This document shows positions 20,560-29,936 of a DNA stretch of 64,000 nt, piece by piece. Position 1 is the stretch's first letter. Every line of letters begins with the position of its first letter. Both the position numbers and the translations under genes were made by a program. Below the pieces are notes generated by a model. The model did no database searches. It had not been told where the DNA came from and saw only the letters and a list, made by a program, of their open reading frames with translations. Source of the stretch: Thermoanaerobaculia bacterium (GTDB lineage Bacteria > Acidobacteriota > Thermoanaerobaculia > Gp7-AA8); contig DATKDP010000002.1 in the NCBI GenBank assembly GCA_035546335.1, forward strand, positions 8,774-72,773, read 5' to 3'.

Positions 20560-21843
20560 GTGAAGGCTCGCGGCAACCTCGCCGTCATCGGATCGCAGTG
20601 GGGCGACGAGGGGAAAGGGAAGATCGTCGACCTTCTCTGCGATCGGTTCGATCTCGTCGCCCGCTACCACGGAGGGCACAATGCCGGCCACACGGTCAAG
20701 TACGCCGACCGTCATTACTCGCTCCACCTGATTCCCTCCGGAATTCTGCATCGGGACAAGCTCTGTATTCTGGGCAACGGGATGGTGATCGATCCGAAAG
20801 CGCTCCTCGAGGAGATGGCCCAGCTTCGGGCGGCGGATGTGGTCATCGACGACAACCTCAGGATCAGCGAATCGGCTCACTGCATTCTTCCCTACCACGC
20901 CGCCCTCGATCTCGCGCGGGAGACGGCGGCGGGAGAGGCGAAGATCGGGACGACGGGGCGCGGAATCGGTCCGGCTTACGAGACGAAGATGGCCCGGTCG
21001 GGAATCCGCATGGGCGATCTTCTCGATCGCGCGGTACTTCGCGACAAGATCCGCGTCGCTTGCGCCGAGAAGAATTCGATTCTGGAGAGTGTCTACGGAA
21101 AGAGCGGATTCGACCCAGAGGAGCTCGTCGAGACGTACGCGGGGTACGGGGAGATACTGCGCCCCCGGATCGCAAATACCACGCGAATCCTCAACGAGGC
21201 GATCGGGAAAGGACAGCGAGTCATCTTCGAAGGAGCGCAGGGGACGCTTCTCGACATCGATCATGGGACGTATCCATTCGTCACCTCGTCCAACTGCGTG
21301 ACCGGCGCGATCTGTACGGGACTCGGAATCGCACCGCGCAACATCGATGAAGTGCTCGCCGTGGTGAAAGCGTACACGACGCGCGTCGGCAGCGGCCCTT
21401 TTCCAACCGAGCTCGAAGGCGATGAAGGAGAGCATCTTCGCCGGCGCGGGAACGAGTTCGGCACGACCACGGGCCGTCCCCGCCGGACGGGGTGGCTCGA
21501 CCTGGTCGTTCTGCGGATCTCGAAGATGCTCAACGGGCTCGACTCGATCGCGCTCACCAAGCTCGACGTCTTCGATGACTTCGGCCAGATACCGGTTTGT
21601 GTCGCCTACCGCATCGACGGAAGTCTCACGAAGGCGTTTCCGGCGAGCGTTCCGGCGGGTGGCGATTACAGGCCGGAGTATCGCGTCTTCAAGGGATGGA
21701 ATCGGTCCACGGTGGGAGCCGCGAGCTTCGACGATCTCCCGGAGGAAGCGAAGAGTTATGTTCGGTTCCTGGAGGACGAGCTCGAGGTCCCGGTGTCGAT
21801 CATCTCAACCGGCCCGCGTCGCGAAGAGACGATCGTGCGCTGA
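20560..21843 (+). CDS. purA: Adenylosuccinate synthetase
   Basis: GTG start after GGGAGG. GSQWGDEGKGK P-loop and full-length PurA colinearity. Confidence 0.95.
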   Translation: MKARGNLAVIGSQWGDEGKGKIVDLLCDRFDLVARYHGGHNAGHTVKYADRHYSLHLIPSGILHRDKLCILGNGMVIDPKALLEEMAQLRAADVVIDDNLRISESAHCILPYHAALDLARETAAGEAKIGTTGRGIGPAYETKMARSGIRMGDLLDRAVLRDKIRVACAEKNSILESVYGKSGFDPEELVETYAGYGEILRPRIANTTRILNEAIGKGQRVIFEGAQGTLLDIDHGTYPFVTSSNCVTGAICTGLGIAPRNIDEVLAVVKAYTTRVGSGPFPTELEGDEGEHLRRRGNEFGTTTGRPRRTGWLDLVVLRISKMLNGLDSIALTKLDVFDDFGQIPVCVAYRIDGSLTKAFPASVPAGGDYRPEYRVFKGWNRSTVGAASFDDLPEEAKSYVRFLEDELEVPVSIISTGPRREETIVR

Positions 21844-21882
21844 TTGACGTCTCGCCTCACTCCTGAGATCCTTCGCTCGCAC

Positions 21883-23403
21883 ATGCAGACTATCGCTCTC
21901 GACGGCGGCTCCCTCACGCTCGACGACCTCGAGGCGGCCGCCGAGCGGCGGGCTCGTTTCGAGCTGGCGCCTGCGGCACGCGTTGCCATGCAGAGCTCGC
22001 GAGCGATCGTCGAGCGCGCCGTGGAAGAGAGGAGGACCGTCTACGGCATCACCACCGGATTCGGTGTTTTCTCGGAGGTGCCGATCTCGGCGGCGGATGT
22101 GCTCCGCCTCCAGTGGAATCTCATCGCCTCGCACGCGGCCGGGCTCGGCGAGCCCTATCCGCTGCCGGTCGTCAGGGCGATGATGATCCTCCGTGCGAAT
22201 GCGCTGGCTAAGGGATTCTCCGGAATACGCCCTGCCGTCGTCGATCTGCTGTTGCGGATGCACGAGCGCGATGCCGTCCCCGTCGTGCCGTCGCAGGGAT
22301 CGGTCGGCGCCTCGGGGGATCTGGCTCCGCTCGCCCACCTCGCAGCGACGCTGATGGGGGAAGGAGAGGTCGTTCTGGAGGGATCGAGGCTGGCGGCGCG
22401 AGCTGCTCTCGAGGCCATCGGCGAAGAGCCAGTGATCTTCGAGGCGAAGGAAGGCCTCGCGATGATCAACGGCACGCAGGCGATCACGGCCGTCGGGGGG
22501 CTCGCATTGCGACGCGCGGCGATGCTTCTCGATCTCGCCGACGCTATCGGCGCTCTCACGCTCGACGCGCTACGCGGCACCGATGCGGCGTTCGACGCTC
22601 GCATTCACGACGCGCGTCCGCACGCCGGCCAGCGAGTCGTCGCCGGCCGCCTGAGGCGTTTTCTGCGGGGCAGCGAGATTCGCGACTCGCACCGCGACTG
22701 CGGCAAGGTGCAGGACGCATACACCCTCCGCTGCATTCCGCAGGTGCACGGCACGGTGCGCGATGCGATCGGATTCGCCTCGGCCACGATGGCGGTCGAG
22801 ATCAACTCCGCGACCGACAATCCGCTGATCTTCGCTGATTCCGGCGAGGTCCTCTCAGGTGGCAATTTTCATGGAGCGCCGGTCGCCCTGGCATGCGACC
22901 TCGCAGCGATCGCGCTCTGCGATCTCGCCTCGATCAGCGAGCGCCGCATCGAGCGTCTCGTCAATCCTGCGCTCTCCGAGCTGCCTGCCTTTCTCGTGGA
23001 ACGGGGAGGACTCAACAGCGGTTTCATGATCGCGCAGGTCACGGCGGCAGCGCTCCTTTCGGAGTCGAAGGCGCTCTCCCATCCTGCCTCCGTCGACAGC
23101 ATCCCGACTTCGGCGAACAAGGAGGATCACGTCTCGATGGGCCCGATCGCAGCGTGGAAGCTCTCGCGCATCGTCGAGAACCTGGCGGGAGTTCTGGCCA
23201 TCGAAGCGGTTTGTGCGGCTCAGGCTCTCGACCTCCGCCGCCCTCTCCGTTCTTCGGAGCCGCTGGAGGCGATGGTGGCTGCGATCCGGAGTCGTGTGGC
23301 TCCGTGGATCGACGACCGCTACCTCCATCCCGATCTGGTGGCGGTCCGTGAGCTCCTGCCTGTGCTGCACGCGGAGAGTGAGTCGCGCCTGCCGGCCGAA
23401 TGA
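21883..23403 (+). CDS. hutH: Histidine ammonia-lyase
   Basis: GSVGASGDLAPLAH MIO-forming Ala-Ser-Gly motif and HAL/PAL family sequence. ATG at 21883 preferred over TTG at 21844. Confidence 0.9.
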   Translation: MQTIALDGGSLTLDDLEAAAERRARFELAPAARVAMQSSRAIVERAVEERRTVYGITTGFGVFSEVPISAADVLRLQWNLIASHAAGLGEPYPLPVVRAMMILRANALAKGFSGIRPAVVDLLLRMHERDAVPVVPSQGSVGASGDLAPLAHLAATLMGEGEVVLEGSRLAARAALEAIGEEPVIFEAKEGLAMINGTQAITAVGGLALRRAAMLLDLADAIGALTLDALRGTDAAFDARIHDARPHAGQRVVAGRLRRFLRGSEIRDSHRDCGKVQDAYTLRCIPQVHGTVRDAIGFASATMAVEINSATDNPLIFADSGEVLSGGNFHGAPVALACDLAAIALCDLASISERRIERLVNPALSELPAFLVERGGLNSGFMIAQVTAAALLSESKALSHPASVDSIPTSANKEDHVSMGPIAAWKLSRIVENLAGVLAIEAVCAAQALDLRRPLRSSEPLEAMVAAIRSRVAPWIDDRYLHPDLVAVRELLPVLHAESESRLPAE

Positions 23404-23405
23404 TA

Positions 23406-23445
23406 TTTCTCGTAGGCGCGAAGCATTTGCGCGCAGGCCGCGGCG
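23406..23445. repeat. REP-like family A, half copy (arm plus start of loop)
   Basis: TTTCTCGTAGGCGCGAAGCATTTGCGCGCAGGCCGCGGCG matches 331-370. It starts 3 nt after the hutH stop and abuts the family B palindrome. Confidence 0.8.
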
Positions 23446-23557
23446 TCATCCTGAATGAGGGCGGCGTGCGGGCGTGAGTGAGGGATCTGCGATCGGCAAC
23501 TGTCTAAGAACGCAGATCCTTCGCTCACGCCCACCCATCCGCCTCGCTCAGGATGAC
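23445..23557. repeat. Palindromic repeat family B (~113 nt long hairpin)
   Basis: GTCATCCTGA...GTGAGTGAGGGATCTGCG / loop ATCGGCAACTGTCTAAGAA / CGCAGATCCTTCGCTCAC...TCAGGATGAC. A second copy with inverted loop orientation is at 59245-59359. Confidence 0.9.
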
Positions 23558-23607
23558 GGCGAGGTTTGCGTGTCATTCCCTCTTCATCGGCGCGCGGGGC
23601 GTGAAAA

Positions 23608-23637
23608 TTGCTCGCCGTACGAAGGGCGAGGTATAGT
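23608..23637 (+). promoter_or_regulatory. Possible promoter of the cupin gene
   Basis: TTGCTC (23608-23613), 18-nt spacer, TATAGT (23632-23637). A GAGGAGG RBS precedes the ATG at 23670. Confidence 0.35.
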
Positions 23638-23669
23638 GAGAGCGACCCTTCGAGACGAGGAGGCCGGGC

Positions 23670-24323
23670 ATGGATCTGCACCATCAAAGCCATGGAAGCG
23701 GGACGGTTCAGACGCCCCTTCGCGTTCCGATCTCGGAATTCGCCGCCGGGCTCGAGACGATCTCGACGGGGCTGATCACCAAGCAGGGCCTATACGACTA
23801 TCTGACGACCTACGAGATCGAGCCCGACGACCTGAAACGGCTCGAGCATTGGGAGCCCGATCGTCACACCCGAAACCTGATCCTGCGCAATCCGAAGCTC
23901 GAGCTGATGCTGATCTGCTGGAACGTCGGGAACACCACGCCGCTTCATACGCACAATGGACAGCTCGGCTGGATGGTGATGGGCGAAGGGAAACTGCAGG
24001 TCGAGAACTTCCGCCTTCGCGCGTGCAACAAGCCGGAGAATCAGGAAGTGGTCGGGATCGACTGTCTCGCCGGCGCCACCGAGATCGACATGGAGCCGCT
24101 CGACATCGAGATCTGCCGCCCGGGCGGCCCGCTCAACACGGTCGACAAGCACCACACCATCCATCGCATCACGAACCTGAAAGAGTGGAACGAGCCCGCC
24201 GTCAGCCTTCACGTCTACTCCCTCCCGATCGACTCCTGCGTCGTCTTCGACCTCGAAGCGCAGCGCTGCTTCCGCCGCGACCTCACCTACGACTACGAAG
24301 CGCCGGGCGCCCGCCGGGCATAG
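23670..24323 (+). CDS. Cysteine dioxygenase type I-like cupin protein
   Basis: 217 aa. The cupin core ...LMLICWNVGNTTPLHTHNGQLGWMVMGEGKL...TIHRITN resembles CDO/3-mercaptopropionate dioxygenase metal-site spacing. Confidence 0.65.
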   Translation: MDLHHQSHGSGTVQTPLRVPISEFAAGLETISTGLITKQGLYDYLTTYEIEPDDLKRLEHWEPDRHTRNLILRNPKLELMLICWNVGNTTPLHTHNGQLGWMVMGEGKLQVENFRLRACNKPENQEVVGIDCLAGATEIDMEPLDIEICRPGGPLNTVDKHHTIHRITNLKEWNEPAVSLHVYSLPIDSCVVFDLEAQRCFRRDLTYDYEAPGARRA

Positions 24324-24344
24324 AGCGATCGGAAGAAACGTCCA

Positions 24345-24866
24345 ATGGTGGACAGCAGTATCTCCAAAGTACTCATGCTACATCTTCAAGCAGAGGGGAA
24401 AACTCGACTGCGGGATGTGACGGGGAACGACCTTCCCATCTTCTTCGAGCACCAGCGCGATCCGGAAGCGAACCGGATGGCGGCGTTTCTCCCGAGGGAA
24501 CGGGAATTGTTCATGGCGCACTGGGAGAAGATTCTCGCTGATCGGACAGTGATGGCGAAAACGATCGTCGTCGAGGATGAGGTCGCCGGCAACATCGTCA
24601 GCTTCGAGCAGGCGGGGCGGCGGCTCGTCGGCTACTGGATCGGAAGGAAACATTGGGGGAAGGGAATCGCCACCAGTGCTCTGTCGCACTTTCTCCATGT
24701 CGATGCAGCGCGTCCTCTCCATGCGTATGTCGCGAAACACAACCGAGCGTCCGCCCGCGTGCTGGAAAACTGCGGATTCGAGGTTAGTGGCGAGCAGATC
24801 GGCGCCCCCGGACCCGATGGGGAAGAGGTTGAAGAGTTTCTCATGGTTCTGACGGCGGCGGGATGA
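24345..24866 (+). CDS. GNAT-family N-acetyltransferase (RimJ/RimL-like)
   Basis: GYWIGRKHWGKGIATSAL...AYVAKHNRASARVLENCGFE acetyl-CoA-binding core. Confidence 0.8.
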   Translation: MVDSSISKVLMLHLQAEGKTRLRDVTGNDLPIFFEHQRDPEANRMAAFLPRERELFMAHWEKILADRTVMAKTIVVEDEVAGNIVSFEQAGRRLVGYWIGRKHWGKGIATSALSHFLHVDAARPLHAYVAKHNRASARVLENCGFEVSGEQIGAPGPDGEEVEEFLMVLTAAG

Positions 24867-24939
24867 TCGACGAGCTCCCCGCAGTGCGGATCCTGGCGTG
24901 CGTGGACGATCGAATCCGTGAAGGCGTACACTGCCATCG

Positions 24940-25527
24940 ATGGCGAAATCAGCCCACCGACCTCGCTACACTCTCGATGAATATCTCAAGCTGGAAGAGA
25001 TCAGCAACGTACGGCACGAGTATCTCGACGGTGAGATCTATGCGATGGCGGGCGGCACGCCGGAGCATGGGCGGATCGCCGCTAATATCATCGCCCTGCT
25101 GGGGTCGCACGAAAGCCGGACCCGATGCGCGGTCTTCACTTCGGACGTTCGTGTCCGGGTGGCGGCGTCCGGTCTCGACACCTATCCCGACATCAGCGTG
25201 GTGTGCGGACACCTCGAGAGAGACTCGCTCGACGCGCAAGCAATCGCGAACCCGGTCGTCATCTTCGAGGTGACGAGCCCGAGCAGCGACGCATACGATC
25301 GAGGTGAAAAGCTGCGACACTATCAGCAGATCCCCTCGTTGCGCGAGATCGTCATCGTCTCTCATTCCGAGCGGCGTGTCGACGTCTGGAGGCGCGGGGA
25401 CGAAGGAGAGTGGGAGCGAGCCGAAATCGGCCCTTCCGGGGTCGCTCATCTCGCGGCGATCGATTGTGATCTGCCTGTCGACGACATCTACCGCGACCCG
25501 CTCGACCGCCCCCATTCGCCACTCTGA
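24940..25527 (+). CDS. Uma2-family (DUF820) putative endonuclease
   Basis: YTLDEYLKLEE...HEYLDGEIYAMAGGTPEHGRI...PDISVVCG...VIFEVTSPSS...DRGEKLRHYQQIPSLREIVIV matches the Uma2 PD-(D/E)xK pattern. Confidence 0.8.
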   Translation: MAKSAHRPRYTLDEYLKLEEISNVRHEYLDGEIYAMAGGTPEHGRIAANIIALLGSHESRTRCAVFTSDVRVRVAASGLDTYPDISVVCGHLERDSLDAQAIANPVVIFEVTSPSSDAYDRGEKLRHYQQIPSLREIVIVSHSERRVDVWRRGDEGEWERAEIGPSGVAHLAAIDCDLPVDDIYRDPLDRPHSPL

Positions 25528-25570
25528 TATCCTTTCCCGTCGGACCATCACCGATGCAAAGGAGCCCGTC

Positions 25571-26764
25571 ATGTCGCTGATGCAGACACTCGCCGGAGAG
25601 CTGAACGAGATGCGCGACGCCGGAACGCTCAAGTCCGAGCTGTCGCTTCTCGGACCTCAGGGGGCCGTCGTCGAGGTCGAAGGTCGTGGCGAGGTCATCA
25701 TGCTCACCTCGAACAACTACCTCGGGCTCGCGAATCACCCCGCCATCGTCGAGGCCGCCGAGAAAGCGGAGCGCGATTACGGCTACGGACTCGCCTCCGT
25801 CCGCTTCATCTGCGGAACGCAGGACATTCACAAGACGCTCGAGGCGAAGATCTCCGAGTTTCTCGGCACCGAGGACACGATTCTCTACGGCTCCTGCTGG
25901 AACGCGAACGAGGGGCTGTTCCAGACGGTTCTTTCCGAAGAGGATGCGGTTCTTTCCGACGAGTTGAATCACGCTTCGATCATCGATGGAGTGCGGCTGG
26001 CGAGATGCCGCCGGCTCCGCTACAGAAATCGAGACATCGATGATCTGCGCCGCGTCCTCGAGGAGAACCGCGACGCGCGCAACCGGCTGATCATGACCGA
26101 CGGCGTGTTCTCCATGGAGGGGTCACTCGCTCCACTTCCCGAGCTCGTCGGCATCGCGCGAGAGGTCGATGCCCTCCTGGTGGTCGACGACTCGCATGGA
26201 ACCGGAGTTCTGGGCCGGACAGGACGCGGAACCGGCGAGGAGCTCGGCGTCTTCGGGAAGATCGGAGCCTACACCTCCACCCTCGGCAAAGCGCTCGGTG
26301 GCTCCCATGGCGGCTTCACCACCGGCCCCTCGGTGCTGACCGAGTACCTGCGCCAGAGGTCGCGTCCCTACCTTTTCTCCAACACGCTTCCGCCCGCCGT
26401 CGTCCTCGGATCGATTGCGGCACTCGATCTGCTCGCCTCGGACCCATCCCTGCTGGCGCGGCTTCGCGAGAATACTGCGTACTTTCGAGAGGGGTTGAAA
26501 CGGGCGGGACTGAACGTCCGCGAAGGGATCCACCCGATCGTGCCGATCCTCATCGGTGATGCGGCGAAGGCGATTTCAATGTCGCGCGAGCTTCTCGATC
26601 GCGGCGTCTACGTTTCGGGCTTCGGCTACCCGGTCGTTCCACAGGGGCAGGCGCGACTGCGATGCCAGATCAGCGCTGCGCACACGAGAGAGCATCTCGA
26701 CCGGGCTCTCGAAGCGATCTCTACAGTTGCGAGCAAATACGATGTGATCGCAGCTCCGGCGTGA
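25571..26764 (+). CDS. kbl: 2-amino-3-ketobutyrate CoA ligase (glycine C-acetyltransferase)
   Basis: ATG after AAAGGAG. Class II aminotransferase fold with LTSNNYLGLANHP...FICGTQDIH...DDSHGTG...TLGKALG (PLP lysine). Confidence 0.88.
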   Translation: MSLMQTLAGELNEMRDAGTLKSELSLLGPQGAVVEVEGRGEVIMLTSNNYLGLANHPAIVEAAEKAERDYGYGLASVRFICGTQDIHKTLEAKISEFLGTEDTILYGSCWNANEGLFQTVLSEEDAVLSDELNHASIIDGVRLARCRRLRYRNRDIDDLRRVLEENRDARNRLIMTDGVFSMEGSLAPLPELVGIAREVDALLVVDDSHGTGVLGRTGRGTGEELGVFGKIGAYTSTLGKALGGSHGGFTTGPSVLTEYLRQRSRPYLFSNTLPPAVVLGSIAALDLLASDPSLLARLRENTAYFREGLKRAGLNVREGIHPIVPILIGDAAKAISMSRELLDRGVYVSGFGYPVVPQGQARLRCQISAAHTREHLDRALEAISTVASKYDVIAAPA

Positions 26765-26866
26765 GAAGTGCAACGCCGCTTTCGCGATTCAGGGTTGTCG
26801 GAGCATGCGTCGCGGCCGGCGATCGAGCTCGACAGGCAGCCCCTCAATGAAGAGGTGAAGAACGCC

Positions 26867-28252
26867 ATGCAGTCGAAGATCATCATCGGACTCGTCATTC
26901 CGCTCCTGCTCGTTGCGCCAGCCGGCGCCGGCGTCATGCCCTGGGAGGTCCACAAACGGACTCTGCCGAACGGACTCGACGTGCTGGTGATCCCGACGCC
27001 GGAATTCCGGCAGGTCGTCAATTTCAACACACTGATTCTCGCCGGCTCGCGGAACGAGCTCGAGAAGGGACGCTCGGGCCTCGCACATCTCTTCGAGCAC
27101 ATCGCCTTTCGCCACCGATTCGACGAGGGCGAAAAGTCGTACTCGTCGCAGATCGACAGGCTCGGTGCATTCAACAACGCCTGGACCTGGTTCGATGTGA
27201 CGTATTACCACCCTGTTACCTTCACCTCCAATCTCGAGGCGCTCGTGCGTCTCGAGGCAGAGCGGTTCGTCGACATGCAGTTCACCGAACGGATCTATCG
27301 GACCGAGGCGGGGGCGGTGCTGGGCGAGTACCGAAGAATCGCTTCGGATCCCGGTTTGCGGATGGACGAGGTGATCAGCGATCTGGCCTACGGTGCATCA
27401 CACGGCTATGGACATACGACGCTCGGCTATCTCCAGGATGTGGAGGACATGCCGAATTCCTACCGGGCGGGAAGAGCGTTCTACGAGACGTTCTACCGGC
27501 CGAACAATGCGGTCGTTCTGGTCACCGGCGATGTCGACCCGCAGCGCGTGTTTGCTCTCGTGGAGCAGGTATACGGGTCGTGGCAGCCGCGCCCGATTCC
27601 CGAAGTTCCGGATCCGCGACGGGTCGGCGGGCCGAAAAAAGGACATGTCGATTGGGAATCCGACGTGCCTCCGCAGGTCGACTTCGCCTACCGCGTTCCG
27701 GCGTTCGAGCCGGGAACGACCGAGAGCTCGGTGATCATGATTCTCCCGGAACTGATCTCCGGGGAGACCGCCCCGCTCTATCAGAAATTGCGATACGAGG
27801 AGAAGCTGGCGACGAGCATGGCCACCGATACCGGCACGGTGATTCGTCGGAGCGCGACGGGATTCGATCCCCGCCTTCTGGAGACCTACATCACGCTCGA
27901 CAAGGGACGCTACGACAAGGAAGGAAAACCGATGATCGAACGCGTGGTCGGAGAGACCGAGCGCGGCCTCGACGAGCTGAAGAACTTCTCCTCCCGTTCC
28001 GGCGCAGCCCGGACGCTGGCAGCGATCAAGTCGCGGTTCCGTTACGATCTGCTCGCCGCGCTCGACTCCCCGGCTCACATCGCCGAGACCTTCTCCTGGT
28101 ATTACCGCTTCAATCGCAATCCCGACGTTCTCGATCAGCTCGTCGAAGGCGTCGACAAGCTCACTCCGCAGGACATCGATTCTTTCGCGCGGAAACACTT
28201 CGTCCCGGCGAATCGAGTCGTCGTGACGATGGAGCCGAAATCGGCGAACTGA
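26867..28252 (+). CDS. M16 (pitrilysin/insulinase) family zinc peptidase, active-type subunit
   Basis: Signal peptide MQSKIIIGLVIPLLLVAPAGAG. Inverted zinc motif HLFEH. Confidence 0.85.
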   Translation: MQSKIIIGLVIPLLLVAPAGAGVMPWEVHKRTLPNGLDVLVIPTPEFRQVVNFNTLILAGSRNELEKGRSGLAHLFEHIAFRHRFDEGEKSYSSQIDRLGAFNNAWTWFDVTYYHPVTFTSNLEALVRLEAERFVDMQFTERIYRTEAGAVLGEYRRIASDPGLRMDEVISDLAYGASHGYGHTTLGYLQDVEDMPNSYRAGRAFYETFYRPNNAVVLVTGDVDPQRVFALVEQVYGSWQPRPIPEVPDPRRVGGPKKGHVDWESDVPPQVDFAYRVPAFEPGTTESSVIMILPELISGETAPLYQKLRYEEKLATSMATDTGTVIRRSATGFDPRLLETYITLDKGRYDKEGKPMIERVVGETERGLDELKNFSSRSGAARTLAAIKSRFRYDLLAALDSPAHIAETFSWYYRFNRNPDVLDQLVEGVDKLTPQDIDSFARKHFVPANRVVVTMEPKSAN

Positions 28253-28271
28253 GAGATCTGGAGACGATGTC

Positions 28272-29921
28272 ATGGCAGGTACGAGATTCATTCCGGCGCT
28301 GACAGCGCTTCTCTTCGGTGCGGCCTGCGCCACCGGTCCCGTGGTCACCTCCCGACCGGCGTCGACCGCTCCTTCTTCCGCTGCGCAGCCGTCGATCGTG
28401 ACGCTGGCGAGTCCATCGCCGCTGATCGAGGTCAAGATGATGGTGAAGGCCGGCTCGATCGCCGATCCCGAAGGGAAGGAAGGGCTCGCGGCCCTGGTGG
28501 CCGGTGCGATTCTGCAGGGTGGATTCGGCGATCCGGGGAATCCGGTCACCAAGGAGGAACTGGCCGAGATCACGCAGGCGTGGGGCCAGGGGGCGCTTCC
28601 GTCGGTGCTGACTTCGTCACAGACGACGACATTCAACTTCACGATTCCGCGAGACGTTCTCCCCGACTATCTGGCGCGAGTCATGGATCCGATGCTGAAT
28701 CGACCGCTGTTCAGCGAGTCGGAGATCGACCGGCTGAAGAACGAAGCGGCGACTCAGATCAACGCAGCGCGTTTCGTCGATCTCGAGAGTCTCGGCCTTG
28801 CCGTGATCGACCAGTACATCCTCGCGGGCACGCGGTTCGAGCACCAGCCGTTCGGAACGGAGCTCTCGGTGCCGGGCATCACCCGCGACGACGTCGTCCG
28901 CTTCCATCGCGATTTCTACCGCGCCGGCAACATCATTCTCGGAATCTCTTCCGAGGATCCGGCAGTCGTCGAGCCGATCGCCCGCGTCGTCCGGCGGATC
29001 AACTCCGATGTGACCACACCGATTCCCTCGATCGACGCCGGACGGGTGGTTGAGATTCGAGGACGGGAAGCGGTGATCATCGAGGAGCCAAATGCTCCTG
29101 CAGCTTCGCTTCACCTCGGGTTTCCGCTGCCGATCAACCGGACGAGTCCCGACTTCTGGCCGCTTTACGTCGCCAACGTCTGGCTCGGCACGCATCGCGA
29201 TTCCTTCGGCCGGCTCTACCAGGCGATTCGCGAGGAGCGAGGGTACAACTACGGCAACTATTCGTACATCGAACATCTGGTCGGGAGGCCGCGGTTTCTC
29301 TTCCCACCGTTCAACACGCCACGTGACACTCAGCACTTTTCGATCTGGATCCGTCCCGTTGCTCACGAATTCGCCTATCCCCTCCTGAAGGCCGCGACGT
29401 GGGAGCTCGACCGTCTCGTTCGCGAAGGACTGACGGATGAGCAGGTGATCGCGGCAAAGAACAAGGCAAGGGTTCTCTATGTCAATCTCGCCGAGACGCT
29501 CGACCGGTTGCTCGCTGCGAAGATCGACGACGCGTTCTACGGCATGACCCCGGGCTATCTCGAAGGCTACCTGGAACGGATCGATGCCGTAACCGCCGAC
29601 CAGGTGCGCGAGGCGGTTCGGAAGGCTCTTCAGACCACGAACATCAGATACCTCGTCGTCACCGACTCCGCGCACGCGCCAGGTCTCGCGCAGCAGATTC
29701 GCGAGAACCAGCCCTCGTGGGGAAAGGAGCTCGCCGACTATCAGATCGACCGGGTGACCCTTCCCGACGGCCGCATCGTCTGGCAGGTTTCCGAGGATCG
29801 CCTGGAGACGATCCGGCTCGATGCCGTCTGGGCGAACTATCCGCTCGACATCCGGCGTGTCGAGATCATCCCCGTGGCCGCGGTTTTTCGCGAAGGGCGT
29901 CTCTTCGGTCCCGCAAAGTGA
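28272..29921 (+). CDS. M16-family peptidase-like lipoprotein lacking HxxEH (non-catalytic partner)
   Basis: Lipobox LLFGAAC. M16 fold-like sequence without the zinc motif. Paired with the upstream M16 gene. Confidence 0.8.
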   Translation: MAGTRFIPALTALLFGAACATGPVVTSRPASTAPSSAAQPSIVTLASPSPLIEVKMMVKAGSIADPEGKEGLAALVAGAILQGGFGDPGNPVTKEELAEITQAWGQGALPSVLTSSQTTTFNFTIPRDVLPDYLARVMDPMLNRPLFSESEIDRLKNEAATQINAARFVDLESLGLAVIDQYILAGTRFEHQPFGTELSVPGITRDDVVRFHRDFYRAGNIILGISSEDPAVVEPIARVVRRINSDVTTPIPSIDAGRVVEIRGREAVIIEEPNAPAASLHLGFPLPINRTSPDFWPLYVANVWLGTHRDSFGRLYQAIREERGYNYGNYSYIEHLVGRPRFLFPPFNTPRDTQHFSIWIRPVAHEFAYPLLKAATWELDRLVREGLTDEQVIAAKNKARVLYVNLAETLDRLLAAKIDDAFYGMTPGYLEGYLERIDAVTADQVREAVRKALQTTNIRYLVVTDSAHAPGLAQQIRENQPSWGKELADYQIDRVTLPDGRIVWQVSEDRLETIRLDAVWANYPLDIRRVEIIPVAAVFREGRLFGPAK

Positions 29922-29936
29922 TGGGACCCCAAAGAA

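Noticed and set aside
23474-24541. A 355-aa ORF starting in the palindromic repeat.
   Set aside because: Its start lies inside repeat B, it overlaps the well-formed cupin gene in another frame, and its translation is Arg/Pro/Ser-rich without motifs.
24940-25527. The Uma2 gene as evidence of a mobile element or restriction system.
   Set aside because: It is a stand-alone gene with no methyltransferase, transposase or terminal repeats nearby. Uma2 genes are commonly scattered singly.
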